From: Candidatus Nanoarchaeia archaeon
GTDB taxonomy: Archaea > Nanobdellota > Nanobdellia > Woesearchaeales > JANQNC01
Assembly: GCA_028279745.1 (NCBI GenBank)
Contig: JANQNC010000001.1
Coordinates: 780,001 to 812,000, forward strand
DNA: 32,000 nt
Direction of reading: 5' to 3'
In this document: piece by piece, positions 31,516-32,000 of the stretch
Position numbering within the stretch: the first letter of the stretch is position 1
How the letters are laid out: every line of letters begins with the position of its first letter
Notes under the pieces: model-generated
Seen by the model: the letters and a program-made list of their open reading frames with translations, nothing else
What the model was told of the DNA's origin: nothing
Databases searched by the model: none
Translations under genes and position numbers: made by a program

Positions 31516-32000
31516 ATGGTTGATAGAATACTGTTCTTAGGAACTGCAGGATCAAAAGAAGCAGTTGGGAAACAACTAAAAGGATCTGGTGGAATAGTAA
31601 TAGAATCAGGAATGAACCAGTTTATGATAGACCCGGGACCGGGTTGTTTAGCTAAAGCAAGATCATTTGGAATAAACCCAAGAGCAAATACAGCAATAAT
31701 CGTAACTCACACACATCTGGGTCACTGCAATGACTTGAATGCGTTAATTGATGCAACAACATTAGGTGGAGAAGATAGACATGCAGTACTATTATGTTCA
31801 AAATCTGTTATTGAAGGCACAGAAAACTTGAAACCTTTGCTTTTGGAGGAGTATAAAGAACAACTAGAAAGAGCTATCGTTTTAGAACCTGGAAAAAAGG
31901 TTGGGATAAATGAAGTAGAGATAGTATCAACAAAAACGAAACATTCAGATGAGACCTGCATAGGGTTTAAGGTATATGCTCAGAATTATACTATAGGGTA
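31516..32000 (+). CDS. metallo-beta-lactamase-fold hydrolase (partial, runs off the right edge)
   Basis: My translation is MVDRILFLGTAGSKEAVGKQLKGSGGIVIESGMNQFMIDPGPGCLAKARSFGINPRANTAIIVTHTHLGHCNDLNALID.... This is an MBL-type beta-strand start and an HxHxxH motif region. A TATA-like GTTTATATAA lies about 25 nt upstream. Confidence 0.6.
   Translation, partial: MVDRILFLGTAGSKEAVGKQLKGSGGIVIESGMNQFMIDPGPGCLAKARSFGINPRANTAIIVTHTHLGHCNDLNALIDATTLGGEDRHAVLLCSKSVIEGTENLKPLLLEEYKEQLERAIVLEPGKKVGINEVEIVSTKTKHSDETCIGFKVYAQNYTIG

Noticed and set aside
31705-31725. Variant MBL motif HTHLGH (HxHxGH instead of HxHxDH) in the partial gene at the right edge
   Set aside because: The gene is truncated by the window and an Asp follows shortly afterwards (HCND). 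I cannot judge loss of function from a partial sequence.
1-32000. Search for CRISPR arrays, transposases, integrases, IS inverted repeats and prophage genes
   Set aside because: I saw no regularly spaced direct repeats and no ORF with DDE, tyrosine-recombinase or serine-recombinase motifs. The only tRNA (His, 7967-8038) is not adjacent to the atypical block.

Overview
AT-rich, very gene-dense archaeal chromosome segment. Archaeal identity rests on MCM, TBP, NAC, Sec61beta, eL18, RNA polymerase subunits D and N, an archaeal-type RNase P RNA and an SRP RNA. The tight packing, 4-nt ATGA overlaps and Lys-rich protein tails are compatible with a small-genome (DPANN-like) archaeon, but lineage cannot be proven from this window. 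Positions 1-13153 hold housekeeping genes: mcm (partial), tbp, dut, a THUMP-methylase-like gene, RNase P RNA, an orphan receiver domain, secG-nac, a MinD cluster, tRNA-His, a metallophosphoesterase lipoprotein and the canonical rps13-rps4-rps11-rpoD-rpl18e-rpl13-rps9-rpoN cluster. Positions 25704-32000 hold leuS with two coupled VanZ-like genes, membrane proteins, SRP RNA and a partial MBL-fold gene. Between them lies a 12.5-kb block (13155-25613) encoded entirely on the minus strand, with bacterial-flavoured signalling and envelope genes. Its core is a tightly coupled five-gene operon (16442-25613). The operon encodes a class III nucleotidyl cyclase and a Hanks-type Ser/Thr kinase whose extracytoplasmic part is a GH88-like plus CBM9-like module. 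It also encodes an HD-GYP-like protein that has lost the HD dyad, and two signal-peptide proteins, one of which looks like a beta-barrel. Downstream, on the same strand, are a Cys-rich anchored protein and a clan CD peptidase with duplicated Ig-like modules and a T9SS-type C-terminal domain. I regard this operon as the best candidate for an undescribed system: a surface-glycan-sensing kinase and cyclic-nucleotide module. No CRISPR array, transposase or integrase was seen.
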